Source of the DNA: Stylophora pistillata | Lineage: Eukaryota | NCBI RefSeq assembly: GCF_002571385.2 | Contig: NW_019217847.1 | Location: forward strand, 782,841-846,840 | Direction: 5' to 3' | DNA length: 64,000 nt | Shown here: positions 23,301-36,190 of the stretch, in pieces | Position numbering within the stretch: position 1 is the first letter of the stretch | Layout: the number at the start of each line of letters is the position of its first letter | Position numbers and translations under genes: made by a program | The notes under the pieces: model-generated | Seen by the model: the letters and a program-made list of their open reading frames with translations, nothing else | What the model was told of the DNA's origin: nothing | Databases searched by the model: none

Positions 23301-24154
23301 ATTTGGTTTCCCAGACATATCGTACAAGGGTTAATCAACTCTGTTGTCGTTTATAACGCCGTTACAAGCAAATGTTTTGGGAGTTCAACAAAAATGCGAT
23401 AAATACGTGATTAACTACTTGGAATTGTGACACTATCGTTTCGATGGATAATAAATGTTCATAAAATAAAACATACAAGCACTTAGTCACATTTGTTGCC
23501 ACAGAAAAATTTTTTCAAACTTTGGCCACCACTGCGGATGTCGAATCTAGTTTATTTTGCCACATTGCTTGAATGAGATGGCAGCAATCGAATTCTCGCA
23601 GGCTAAAACTAACTGGAGATTGATTGGTTGGAAGTGGCGAAGCAAGAGGCGGCGACACGTACAGAATAATTAAGAGATATCCAAGGTTTTTTCAAATCCT
23701 TAGGTGAGGTGTGCCACGAAAGACATCAATTTACAGATCTTGTAGACCTTCTTCCCAATTCAGATCAATACAATGAAATGTCGATCACGTGGTGTGTTCG
23801 GGCAAGAGACTGAGATCCCATAAAGGATTGTTGTCCTGAGTCAGAACGAAAAACGTTTTCAACGCCTGAGAGAAAGCTCTCTTTTTAGTCACAAGAATTT
23901 ATGCTAAAAGAACATTCTAGAAATAAAAGCTTAGTATCGAACGAGGCGTGACATTGACTGGCGATCGTAGAAATGTATTTACAATCGGCGGAACTAAACT
24001 GTAAGTGGCAATGACAAAGAATTTAAATATTTTCCTATTAGTATGTTGGCACGTGGGCCGCTATGACTTTAATTGAGTCCTTTGTTGTATGGTGTATTTA
24101 AAGTTTGACATTTGTAATGTATTCATCTCAGCTCTCAAACTTTCCAAGTCAGCA

Positions 24155-24417
24155 TGTTAAGTTTTATCTTGCATGTAATTAAGCTGTTTTACCTCTAACT
24201 CGGCCCAGAGCTCGGTGCGCCTGTATTTCGGTGGGACGTTCTCATTTTCCCATTGGGTTTTTGGGTTTTCGTATCAGGCGGCGGCACTCTAAACGTTTCA
24301 GCCCGAAAGGTGATAACTAGTTGTTTACTACTCTGTGTAACTTTGTCGGACGGCATTAAATACTCGGGCTCCTAGTTCGAGCTGCACACCCACTCTTGTG
24401 TATGAGTCGTGAATTCA
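24155..24417 (+). mobile_element. Possible solo LTR
   Basis: GC-richer island starting TGT and ending CA, with ATTAAA near the 3' end; no TSD found. Confidence 0.25.
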
Positions 24418-27400
24418 AATAGGAAGAAAGTTGTGTAGCCGAATCGAGTTTCATGTCGTAAGCTTAAGATAGCTTAGATTGTTTTTTTCATATAACAATT
24501 TTCGAAGGGTATCCTTGCTGTCGCTGGATATACACAAAAATCAGCCATGTAATTCATATTTACTTATGCCGCCAACATGTGTTTTTGCCAGTCTGTAAGG
24601 TTCCAATCATCCAAAGAATTTTAAACAACCTTGAAATAGTTTAAATGGGAACAATTCCCTGGGTCATATAACTGTACTTCACTGATGAAGATGTTGGCAA
24701 GAAAGTTCATATTTAGGCTTCATCATATACTGGATTCCCTAAGTCGTTAGTCATTTTTCGTGGCTGACTGTGGACCTGTTGACTGAATGAGTCATAAATC
24801 ATCACTTTAAAAAAAGTTAGTCGTTTTGAATGTTGAACTTTTCGCTATTATTAACTCCAATTAAGCTGCAGGCAAAATTTTAAGAAAATATGTTCACGAG
24901 GGAAAGCATTCCTCAAACTGGTTGCCCTGTTGGGTTTCTTTGATGCGGTGAGCAAATCGTTTTATTTTTACAAATTTGTCAATTTCTTCTTCTAGTCTCT
25001 ACATTTCATTTCCTTTTGGACATGGCTTCTAAAAGCTGTAATTAAAAAACCACTAAGCTTTGTTGTAGTATGTTTAAGCTCCACTTCAATGCCGAGGTCA
25101 AAACATAACGAAAGTTATTAAAAAAATCAATGAATTGAATGCTTGATTGAATGAATGTTTTGGATATCAATTTTTCTTCAGTTATTCATTTGAGTTTGAC
25201 GACAGAAGCACATTTATACGCAGCTAGTGGTTCCCATATCTAATCTATGACTATGATTGCCGAATTAGTTGAAACCCGCTTGCAGACCAAAACGGCTCAA
25301 AAACTATGCCCTCTGGCACTGCGCTATGCGACATAATATCAGTGGTGCTACCCCCTCCCCTCCCCTCCTCTACACAGTGGAACTTGTTACTTACTGTGTT
25401 GTATGGAACACTTCTTTGTCACAGGGATGGGGAAGAGAGGAGTGGAGGGAATTGAGATTGAATTGAAAGGATTTTTCTTCCACCCGGTCTGTTTTAGTTA
25501 AAAATTCAAAGACAAAATTAAAAAAATCGACATCTCGTGCTGGCGAGAGATTTTTCCCGGTTTCTGTTCTCGATATCATACTTGGCTAGCTTCAGCTATA
25601 CTGTCTGAGTCACAGTTGGGAAATTGGGGTTGAAAGCTAAGATTCGCAGAGGAATAACACGTTTTCTGTTATTAGGTAAACTCAATAACTGAATGAGAAC
25701 AAAAAAAAGAGAATAAAACGCTGAATGAGTGGATGAATGAATGAAGAGATGATTAATTGAAAAAAAGAGCAAATAAATGTGTTAGTAGACGAGTAAAGTA
25801 ATTGGAAAGATGAAGTTCCGGGCGAGGAAATATATGACGGGTACACAAGTTTAATTGCTCTCTAGGAAGTTAAGCTGAGGGAATCCATCTTTAAGTCCTT
25901 TCTGAGACAACACCTTTGCATCAAAGGTTAATCTGAACTATTCGTAATAGAATGAACATCAAATATTTCTAAGAGAAACTACTACTACTAATAATAATTT
26001 CCTCCAACTGGAAAAAAAAACCAAGAAAAATTGTTAGAAGGCGATTGAATAAAGATTTTAATTGTCCTCGAGTATACGTTTTGATACTTCTTGTTTATAA
26101 AGAAAAAGACAGGTTTAAGGTGTAATTATAAAAAAATGAAATGTGAAATTACAATAACGAATTATTTCATTTTGCTAGAAATATTGAATATGTCCCGCCT
26201 TTATGAATGCATTTACCATAAGGATCGTGAGAATGAAACAAAACTCAGTGTAAATATTTTAGTTTTATTGCGTCAAACAAACACTGACCACATGTTTAAT
26301 TTGACCGAAAGTCAATGTTACCACCAGTAAACATTTTTATCGAGTTTTTTGCCTGGGAACCATTTACTAATTTAAATAAAATGTTCTTAATACTTTTATC
26401 AGTAGCCTTGTTGGATTAATTTGTATTTTTTTTGTAACAGATTTTTTGTACGAGATCGGGAATTTTTGGGTAATACTCAATAGTAGGTAACGCATGGTAT
26501 TTCGTACGTGTTTCAGAGATTTTTCCGGTCAAATGAAATTAAATAGCATAATGTTGAGGAACATGTAAGCAATGCCAAAATTGTTAAAGGAAAGAAGGGA
26601 ATCATTAAATGAAAGAGAAAAGAGACGAAATGAAAAAGTACCTACGAATTTAGTACATTTTCCGTGTGTTTTTCATTGGCTAAATGTTGTCGCAAAAAAT
26701 GTTTATAAACATTAAACCCGGAGATCCTGAAAGAAATGGAAGAATAACCGTGCAGCGTAACTGTGAAAAACGTGCAGCGAGGAAGGAAGTTCTGTTGAAA
26801 TATAGATTTGCCATTATGGTTGATATCATGATATTGGCCCCGGTAGCTTGCACTTACGACATTTTTTTAAAATATTTTTGAGAATGCAACTCTATATGAA
26901 TGAAACTGAAACCAAAGTTTTATTGAGTAGCTGAGCGGAGAAAAGGTAAACAATTGGATGTAAGGATAAAAAAGCGACATAGGATAATGACACAAAAAGG
27001 GACAAATAAACAAACAAAAGGCTGTCGTTGTTATACGAGCAATTTCCTGTGAGCATTATTTACCTTATTACTGTTCCTGCAATAGTGCTTCCGATTAGGT
27101 CATAATACAATATTTATCACTGATCCTGACAAATTCAATATTTTTCAGATTAGTTAACGTTTCAAGCAATTCCAAAGCTTTCAGCGAAAAAACTTACAAG
27201 TAAAGCATTTTGAAAACGAGTTTTGGCGTGTCAAACACTTATGCATATATAGTACGTTGTTGGTTATACGAATAATTATTTTTTTTAACATTATTTTTTA
27301 GGGAGTATCAATTGAAATTAAAGTTTCAGTAACGATGGCTAGGAAATTGTGTATTCATTTATCACAAAAGAAACACGGCGTTTCTTTTATCTTCAGTCAA

Positions 27401-27836
27401 TTTTTATTACAAAAACGCGTCAAGAATTTCGACATACATTAAATTTAAATCTAAAATGTAAGAATGACCTGACATTTTTTGTGTTAAAAAAGCTGTCCAA
27501 ATTGCGAGGCGTTCAAGGAAACTTATCTTTATAAGTCACGCTTTAACTGAACAATTCGAACTGTTATGGAAACTGTGTGAGGCAATAAAACATTTCCTCT
27601 GTATTATGCCCTTGGTACCATTTATGTTAATCTGCAACTTGAGAATCTCTCAAACACAAATAATATATTATGAAATGTTTGCCTCGCATCGGAAGGACAT
27701 TGATGTATGACAAAAAAAAAATGTGTGGATACAACGCAGCTGTATAGCTCCGGATCAAAAAAATGGAATCATATATTTATTTGATCACATTGATCAGAGT
27801 CAGTGATTTGTAACTGCAGGTGAGGCAAAACCTTAA

Positions 27837-28835
27837 ATGATGGAGGACAACTCAACATTCGTGCCACCCTTTATCAATTCTTCGGATGTAGCAGGAAAAA
27901 GCTGCTATTACCTGGATCGGTTTCAAATTTTCCATAGCGGTCCACCTACAACACAATACATCGTTAACTGTACGTTAAACACAGTATTGGCAATTTTGGC
28001 CATTCTCGGAAATGGAATCGTCCTTCAGGCGCTGCGGAGATCCGCGGCGCTTCGACCAGCATCGAGAGCTCTGGTTTACAGCCTTGCCGCCTCTGATTTC
28101 CTTGTTGGATTAACAGTTCAGCCATTTTACGTGATGTACAAAACGGCTGAAATATTGGACATGCATCGGTTCTACTGCGTAACAGGAATTGGATTCCATT
28201 TGTCAGCGAACGTTTTCTCTGCCGTTTCATTTCTGACGGTGACAGCTATAGCTACCGATCGCCTTCTGGCTCTTCACCTTGGGTCCAAATATCAGAGAAC
28301 CATAACACTTCCCAGGGTAATAACAGTCATTGTCACAATGTGGATGCTAACTGGTTTGTGGGTTTTCAACTGGATATGGGATATTAAACTGTACGAAAAG
28401 TTTAATATAACTATTGTCACAATATGTTTGGTTTTCTGTACAAGTGCGTATGCCCGACTTGGCTACAGGCTTCGCCAACTAAGAGTTCGCACCGCGTCGC
28501 GATGGAAGGACGCCGAATCAACGACTTACCAAGAAGAGAAAAGCAGCTCGGGTGGCTCCAAATCGAAACCGCGATATGGAGCATACAAAAGATCTGTGGT
28601 TAACATGTTTTATGTCTATATTTTAATGTTTGTTTGCTATGTTCCATATCTAGCCATGTTCGTCGTCATACAAACGACGCCCATAACCAAAATGAAAGTT
28701 GTCGTCTTAAGTTATACGATAACTTTGTTATTCGCTAACTCGGCCCTTAACCCGTTTCTGTACTGCTGGCGGATACAAGAGATTAGATCAGAGGTAGTTT
28801 TAATTCTCGCAAAATTTTATTGTAAGAGCAATTGA
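27837..28835 (+). CDS. Intronless class A GPCR, same cnidarian type as 12849-13760, 332 aa
   Basis: GN, LAASD, DRL, CYVP, NSALNPFLYCWR; N-terminal NST and NSS sequons; candidate 5'UTR acceptor CTGCAG at 27814-27819. Confidence 0.94.
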   Translation: MMEDNSTFVPPFINSSDVAGKSCYYLDRFQIFHSGPPTTQYIVNCTLNTVLAILAILGNGIVLQALRRSAALRPASRALVYSLAASDFLVGLTVQPFYVMYKTAEILDMHRFYCVTGIGFHLSANVFSAVSFLTVTAIATDRLLALHLGSKYQRTITLPRVITVIVTMWMLTGLWVFNWIWDIKLYEKFNITIVTICLVFCTSAYARLGYRLRQLRVRTASRWKDAESTTYQEEKSSSGGSKSKPRYGAYKRSVVNMFYVYILMFVCYVPYLAMFVVIQTTPITKMKVVVLSYTITLLFANSALNPFLYCWRIQEIRSEVVLILAKFYCKSN

Positions 28836-30129
28836 AAACAAAAGCAAGAAAGTGCTGTTTGAGAAAGATACGTGATGTAGACGGACGATGACAAATTGCC
28901 TTTGCAACTATTACACGCTTTGAAATTAGATTCAAGTCTTTACTCAGGGAGAGCGGAAAGGAATAACTTATCTTAATTTTTTTATTTGTTTAGCTGACAA
29001 TGCCAAACATCTGAAATTTGACTTCAAACGAGTGTGACATCGAATAGAAGCTTTCTTTTCATAAATCAATATTTGCATTGCGAGGAAATCTTTGACGCGC
29101 GGACCGATCTGTTAAGTGTATTTAATGTGTTCTAGCTATAGCGTACCCTAAGAATCCGGCCGTGTCGTATAATCTTAAAGAACGGTGAATCACTGTGCTA
29201 TGCTTTACAGGTTGATCAGAATGGTTAGAATAAATAGTATAAAAACTGTGATACTGCCATACTATTACAGATAATACAACCTTAAAGCGAAATTGTTTAC
29301 CTTAAGTTAAAAATTTGTTTGGAAACGTCACTGAGGCAAAAGGGGCCCTTGTATCATTGAAACGACTGATTGAATTTCTCCCGAACAGTGAGAAAAAATA
29401 AATATCTAAAGCAAAGCCGTTTTAAAGAACAGAAGTGTTCTTATGTAGCCACGTAAATACATTTATATTTAGAGGATACCATGAGGCTCGTTAGCTTATG
29501 AAAAATGTATTAATAAAAAAAAGGGGAGATAGGAATAACAAAGTTAACGTAAAGTTTGCTATTTCTTAGTATGACTTTGTCAGTAACAAATGACATCCTA
29601 TTTAATGTCATTTTAAAGGTTTCCTTTCGTGGACGTAGAGGAGGTAACATTTTAATTATATGCATGTGAATTATGTAGCATCGTTAAATTTAAAACAATG
29701 TCTACCTATATAATTATGTAAAATAAGATTGATGGCTAGTGATGTTACTAGGCACGATTTCCATTAATTAGATGGACGTGCTATAGTGTAATGTCGTTAA
29801 AATAAGTTTGCGTGCAATAATGTTACCTTATATAAAATATATCAACATTTACGATTGAAATTAGACGGGATAGATTAGATGGTATTGGTGGGTTTTTTTC
29901 AACTTGCCGTAATATGAAAATCATGTACAGACGTGTAATAAAGAGGTAAAATGGTTATGGTCATTTGGTAGTCTTGAATTTATTGTTCCTAATTGAAGAT
30001 AACGACCCGAATTATTATGAATATATTCCCGGATCTATGTCAGCACCGATGCCAAAGAATCTACCACATGTAAAATGAATGCCCATCATTTATAGCAATG
30101 GAGAGAGATGTTCTGTTTGACCAAACTAT

Positions 30130-30270
30130 AGACCACTTTCATAAATGGCTGCCCGATTAATATTCTTTTGTTTAAATTTAAATTTGCCCGAGTGGCCTCG
30201 CTTGCCACCCAAGCAAATTTATATGTAAATAAAAGAATTTTAATCCGGCAGCCATTTATGAAAGTGGTCT
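30130..30270. mobile_element. MITE, same family as 20140-20320
   Basis: Same TIR and AT flanks; shorter interior. Confidence 0.85.
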
Positions 30271-30584
30271 ATAGAATTCTTTAATGAAAGGCAGTTCGAT
30301 CTACAACAGATGTATATTTATTTTGCCTCGCTAGAAAACAAAACAAAAAAATGGCAAACACATAGAAAATAAACATAAAAACAAAAAATCAAAATAAACA
30401 TAGAAGCAAAAAAATCAAAATTAAAATGTAACAAAGACAAAATGAAATAGCGACCGCCGAGTTGAAATTTGGTTATGTCGAGGAACGATAGCCCGTGCTG
30501 TAGTGAAGACAAAACGCGAGGGCAAAGAGAAGATTGAGCCAACGTCGTGGTTGCTGGGAGCATGCCGCGTCGACCAGGGATAAT

Positions 30585-30952
30585 AGGGAGCTTTAGCAAC
30601 GACGACGGCGACGGGAACGAGAACGGCAGAAAACAATAGGCTTAATGAGCAAAAACAATCGCCCTGCACGTGCGTTTAACATTTTGGTACATTTCTTTGC
30701 CGTTCTCGGCAAAACAACAACGTGAAATAACCAAACTTTAGGTTTTCTTGAGAACGTGAGCGCATGACGGTTAATTTTTCTTTCTCTCTCCTCACTTTAG
30801 CGCCATTGGTAGTGATATAGTTCCTTAATGGTTCGCCAGCATTTTCCAAGTGAAACACATCGGAATAACCTCGAAAGAGTTACAAAAACGAAGAGTTAGA
30901 TTTCGACAAGACGTTTTCGTTGCCGTCGCCGTCGTCGTTGCTAAAGCTCCCT
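30585..30952. mobile_element. MITE related to 3906-4655, with AAT TSD
   Basis: TIR AGGGAGCTTTAGCAACGACGACGGCGACGG...CCGTCGCCGTCGTCGTTGCTAAAGCTCCCT; AAT on both sides. Confidence 0.88.
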
Positions 30953-32060
30953 AATCACTGGACCTTGATTTTCCCTCTTCTCAGGCGAAAAGGTGCGTTG
31001 TAATTAAAGTGTTCTTGTGACAAATTTTTATTACCAAAAGTGACTCAGCTCTCTATCTGTAAAGGTTAAGTCTTATTTCTGTGGAAACTATAGATTCTAT
31101 ATTTTTTCTCTGAGAAGCCTCTTAAACTAAGTCGGGTATTTGCCATTATTACTTTTTATTACGATGACTATTGAGTTCAGTCAATTTCCTCACTCAAGAA
31201 CCTTTACTTTACCTTTGTTTGCTTAAGAAAGTCTGGCAATAATTCAAGAAAAAATGTAATTTTCTCGTGAAAGCGAAACGTAACTTAACTTAACTTACCT
31301 CGAGACCATTTAATTGTTTCTTTGCGATTGGATCGTTTGTTTTCTAGGCCCGTATGATCTTCCTCAATAAATAGGAGGTGAATATCTCTACGAAGGAAGA
31401 GGCGGAAAAGTATCACTCAGCATTGTAAAGCAAACCGCAATAATTGTAAATGTCAAACTTTGAGAATATCTGAAGAGTTTTCTGAACTGGTACATCCTGC
31501 GTGGTCAAATGAAAAACTGTACGAGGTAGTGATAGTTCCTGTGTCATTACGAAGTCACCTTCTAGAGAATGACTCAGTATTGATTCATGTTAGACCTGTG
31601 GTTCTTCCCTTTGATAATCTTGACAAGTAACATTTCGGAGGTTAGTACAAATGTTTAACTAAATATTTTGTTGAAAGAGAAAGACTGAGAAAGACTGCCG
31701 TCTTTATATTTTTACGGAAATTTCGACTACTGAACGACTCTTTCGTAAAAATGGAGCACATTTGTCATTTTCCCCATTTCAAATTGCTTAAATCGTAAAT
31801 TTTCAAGAATTGCACTGCTGCACAACCCAGTCAGTTTTACTACATGGAGGTGGCCTTCATTATGTTCGTTTCATTGCCAGGAACTCACTTTTTAGAAATT
31901 AAAGAGATTTCTTACTCCAAAAGGGAAAATTTGAGCTGTGACTCAACAGAAAACGTTGCGTTGATGCTGATAAGTGTCCCAACTATCGTTAGTATGCTCC
32001 AATAGTGTAAAAAGATCCAAGTTCTCATTAAGCTGCTTTTTTTGTAAATTCCAGACTTAC

Positions 32061-33368
32061 ATGATGTGGTATTACACAGAGTCAAAAGCTGCCAAGATCG
32101 GCCTGGCCACAATGTTCTCAATGCTCACTGCCATCGACATCATCGGCAACGTGATTGTTTGTGTGCTGATTGTTAAATTTAAGGACATGAGGTGAGTCAG
32201 ACGCCACTGGTAATGGTGCTTGTCTAAAATCATCTACGCTCACCGCATAAAGGATTTAAAGTTAGGCTGAAATGAAAGTGATTTGAAATTTCATGCTTAT
32301 CCAGATTTTAGTTGGCGGGAAGACAGGAACAAAGGTGACTCCTTTCAAGCCTTTTTCTCGTTATTATTCAGTGTGTCTTTTACATTAATTCTTGTCGATT
32401 TTATGGCTTTTTATCATAGTACGAGAGAGTACTTATACGTACTAACTGATAAACCGTACTGGATCTTTGCAAAAAGAAGTCTGTGGTTAAATGGGCTTAC
32501 GTTGCATCTTAACACCCAGAAATCAAAAGTTCATCAACTTTGATTTAATTTTTTCAGAATCCCAATGAATTATCTAATCATGAACCTGGCAGTAGCAGAC
32601 ATTTTGGTTGCTCTTTTCATCGTTCCTCGGTTTGTGCTCTTTGATACATACACGCTACCTGATGGAATGACTGGTACAGTTATTTGTCAGCTGCTGATAG
32701 GTGGCAATTTGTCTTGGATCGGGGCAGTTGCTTCTGCATTTACATTGGCTGTTGTAGCTTTGGAAAGATATTATGCAATCATGAACCCGCAAGGCACACA
32801 GTTGACCGCTGCAAAGGTGGAGGTATGAAAAAGGCAAAATCGAAAACAGTAATGCCGAAAAATAAATAAATACTTAAAAAAAAAAAGAAAAACAGCCAAA
32901 AAATACGAAGAAAATCTTATCTTGAAAAGATACACTACAGGGGTGCGAGGGTGACGTTAACTTTTCCGACTTTAAACAGTTGAATAAACAATGGGAAAAT
33001 GACGGGCTTGCTGTCTTCTCGCGAGCTTCTTAGAGTGGAACGCCCTCGTGCAGCCTTCGTTTGCCGAGAAGCTAATCATAGATAACCGAGAAGTTAACTA
33101 TCAATAACCGAGAAGCTAAACATAAATGGCGATTTTATCCCTTGAGTGACGCAGTAGAAATTAATGAGGTTGCAGAATTATCTATCCCTGTTATTGAACT
33201 GTGCTTCGTAGACTACAAATAACGCGCGAATCGTGTACAAATATCACGCGGTATTTTTACTCCAGAGAACCGGTTAGAAATTTGCCCGCACTGAAATAAC
33301 AATATTGTGTGTTTTGTAATAAATCTCCTATTAAACGTTTTACTGTGTAGTATCGCTGAGTAAACATA

Positions 33369-33400
<32 letters not shown>

Positions 33401-34631
33401 CAGCAAAACGTTTAATAAGACATATCTACTAATCGGCGGAATGCAGCTTTTCCAAGGCTCGCGAAGATCAGAGATAACAAGAGCCAGTTGACGTGTCGTC
33501 TCTCCTTTCACAGCATGTTTCATAATTTGGCTTTCTTCCTTCTAATGTTTCCCAATTCATATTGGTCAAGTTTCTTGCTCCAACGTTCACGACTTCCTTG
33601 CAGATCATTGTCCCAGTAATTTGGCTGTTTGCAATCCTGTTCAATTTACCTCTGCTGTTGACCGACCACTACAGCATAAAGCATAAGATATGTATGGATA
33701 ATTGGCCAGAGGAATGGATGGCAAAGTCTAGCAGCATGATATGGCTTCTGGTGACCGGTTATCTTCCCATTTTCCTGATGATCGGACTCTCTGCAAGAGT
33801 CGTGTATCAGCTTTGGTTTCTGGATGAGGACGATGGCGACAGCACTCGACAGGCAAGCACTTGGTTCTTTAAATGTTTTCTGTTTCCGTAGACTAACTAA
33901 AAAAATGAACGAAAGCCGATGCAATTGTTTTTTATTCATTGACAAACCAGCCCTGTTGAGAGAGCATCAGCGAACTTTTCCTGTGTTGTTATTGCTGGAG
34001 TTAAATTAGAAGAATCAGCGTCTTTGTTATGTCTTTCTCCTGAATAGAAACGACAGAAGGTTTATCTGGTATAAATACTTCGTCCATTACAGACACGATG
34101 TAACTAAAAAATGTTAGTCTCTCTTTCTTAAGAATGAGGGTTGTCAGGGAAACATAAGCTTAGAATCGGCAAGCTTAGATGGGGATATCATTAGATCGAG
34201 AACAGCAAATGTTATCGATGTTACCAATTTCTTTTACACCCATATCGCCAATTTCATATTTACAGGGAGTGTTGAGGATTCGAAGAAGAATCACCAAAAT
34301 GGTCTTCACAGTTAGCGTGGTCTTTGCCGTTTGCAGAACTCCCGCCCAAACAATGTACGTCATCAGCTACTTCAGTCACACCCCGTATCACAGCGATTTA
34401 CTGCATATCATATCCGTTGCCGTGGTAACTGCTAACTCCGCCATTAACCCACTCATATATGTTATCGCTAATCATCGCTTCAGACAGCATATCAAGGAAC
34501 TGATATGCTGCCCTGGTTTGTGCAGAGCGAAGGTGGATGCCTTTATACCGGGACAGGATAACACCCAAGACGCCACTTACACCACGGAGGTAGTGCAGTT
34601 GCAACAAACATTGCAGCAAGAGGCTTCGTGA
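32061..34631 (+). CDS. Cluster GPCR G1 (peptide-receptor-like class A), 4 coding exons, intact
   Basis: Exons 32061-32191, 32558-32822, 33604-33852 (GC donor), 34266-34631; GN, NLAVAD, ERY, CRTP, NSAINPLIY; phases consistent. Confidence 0.88.
33208..33426 (+). mobile_element. Degenerate, deleted copy of hairpin family C in G1 intron 2
   Basis: Shares TACAAATATCACGCGGTATTT, CCCGCACTGAAATAAC and the GTGTAGTATCGCTGAGTA hairpin arms. Confidence 0.75.
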
Positions 34632-35094
34632 TGTGATTTATCGAGATAATGAGCTTGCAAAATCACTGCCACGATAATTGTCGTCTTGTAATAAATTTTG
34701 CGAGAATGTTAAAGTGTTGAAATTTTGAAGGTTTGTAGCTTTAGGAAATCATCAGAGAGGTTAATCGTGATAAGTACGGAACTGGCAAAATTTCATAGAA
34801 CTTGTCAATATTTTCTCACAACCTGTGTTTCTATCCCCAGTTATTTTGTCCACTTTCTTCTCGTTTGATTTAAGAATTATAGAAAAAGTGATTGAAATAA
34901 GAATTCATCGTTGCCGTTTTTTTGTGGTGATACTTTGGAGCACTCACTATATAGGTGAATTCAAAACGAAAGGTACGAGTCAGAAAGATTAGAGTTACAT
35001 TAAGTTTTCGAAGGAGTAACGAGAAATCCCCCCTTTTTTTTACTCCCTTTTTTCTTGCCATAAACTGTTTTTGTTAGTGTATTAATTAGTACAT

Positions 35095-35207
35095 CTTAAG
35101 ATAACGTTTATTGTATAGCTATACTGTGTCACCAATTAGCACCTTGCTAGTCAGGAGCTAGATCCCTAACAGACACATAAATAAAGTTTCATCATCATCA
35201 TCATCAT
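35095..35207 (+). mobile_element. Probable 3' tail of a LINE/SINE
   Basis: TGTGTC...GACACA stem, AATAAA, then a (CAT)n tail. Confidence 0.4.
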
Positions 35208-36190
35208 TTAGAGAGATGAGATTCCCTACGTGGGTGACGTAGGTTACCATGAGAGATACTGAATATGACGTCCGTTGAAAGAGCCCATTTTCTTTCTGGG
35301 TGCTTTCCACCGTTTGGTAAAGGCTCTTTCAGCGTGGAAGAGGACAGCTCTTTCTATTAGTTTAGGGTTACTCTCCAGGTAAAGTAGGGCTATCTTTGGG
35401 CAACTAACAAGACAAATCGTCCAGCCAGGTTCAAAAAGCTCAGGTATTTATTTGATACATTTGCCATATCATCGAATGTAAAGGGCGGTTGTTTAAATTC
35501 ATACAATTCAAGATGTTTTAAATATTATGATCCACTTCTAAAGATGTTCTATCGAGGTGTACAATGGGGTAGACTTATTCGCGAATATAGGTCTAATACT
35601 TAAGTGCTAGGCGAGATATTTCACTCTATCCAGTTTAACGATGCCGAAATTAATACGCGCAATGGCTTGGAAATATTTGAATTGATTGATCCACTTTTCT
35701 TATTTTTTAGTTAACGATAGTTTATGTCGTCATGGCTTGCATGAGATTTGCGTTTTAGTAGTGATGACGTTAAGGCTATGGGACATTATACCGTCCCATG
35801 GAAATTGCCTTTTTTTGCCAGTTTCTTATTCTTCACCGTAAATGTTGATATTCAGTTCATTTTACCTACAAGTTAGCAATAGTCATTGCGGAGTTTATGT
35901 CACTGCACAACATTGAATCACTCGTCATAAAGGTACAAAACTGTGTTAGGCGTCCAGTTGTTCCCTTTTCGGATTTATTTTTTAGGGAGAATCATCATGC
36001 ATTTTATTTTATGTTCTTTGTTTTGTTACTTATTAATATGTTTTTTTTTTTATTTTTGAAATCACCATTGTGGGATAGGCTCGATCACTTTTGCATGAAA
36101 GCAAGACTTAGTATCTCCAAAGGTTACTCGGATGAATTAAGCTTTACGTAGCGCTGGTTGATTTAGCGACCTACAATTGCGTTCAAGAAG

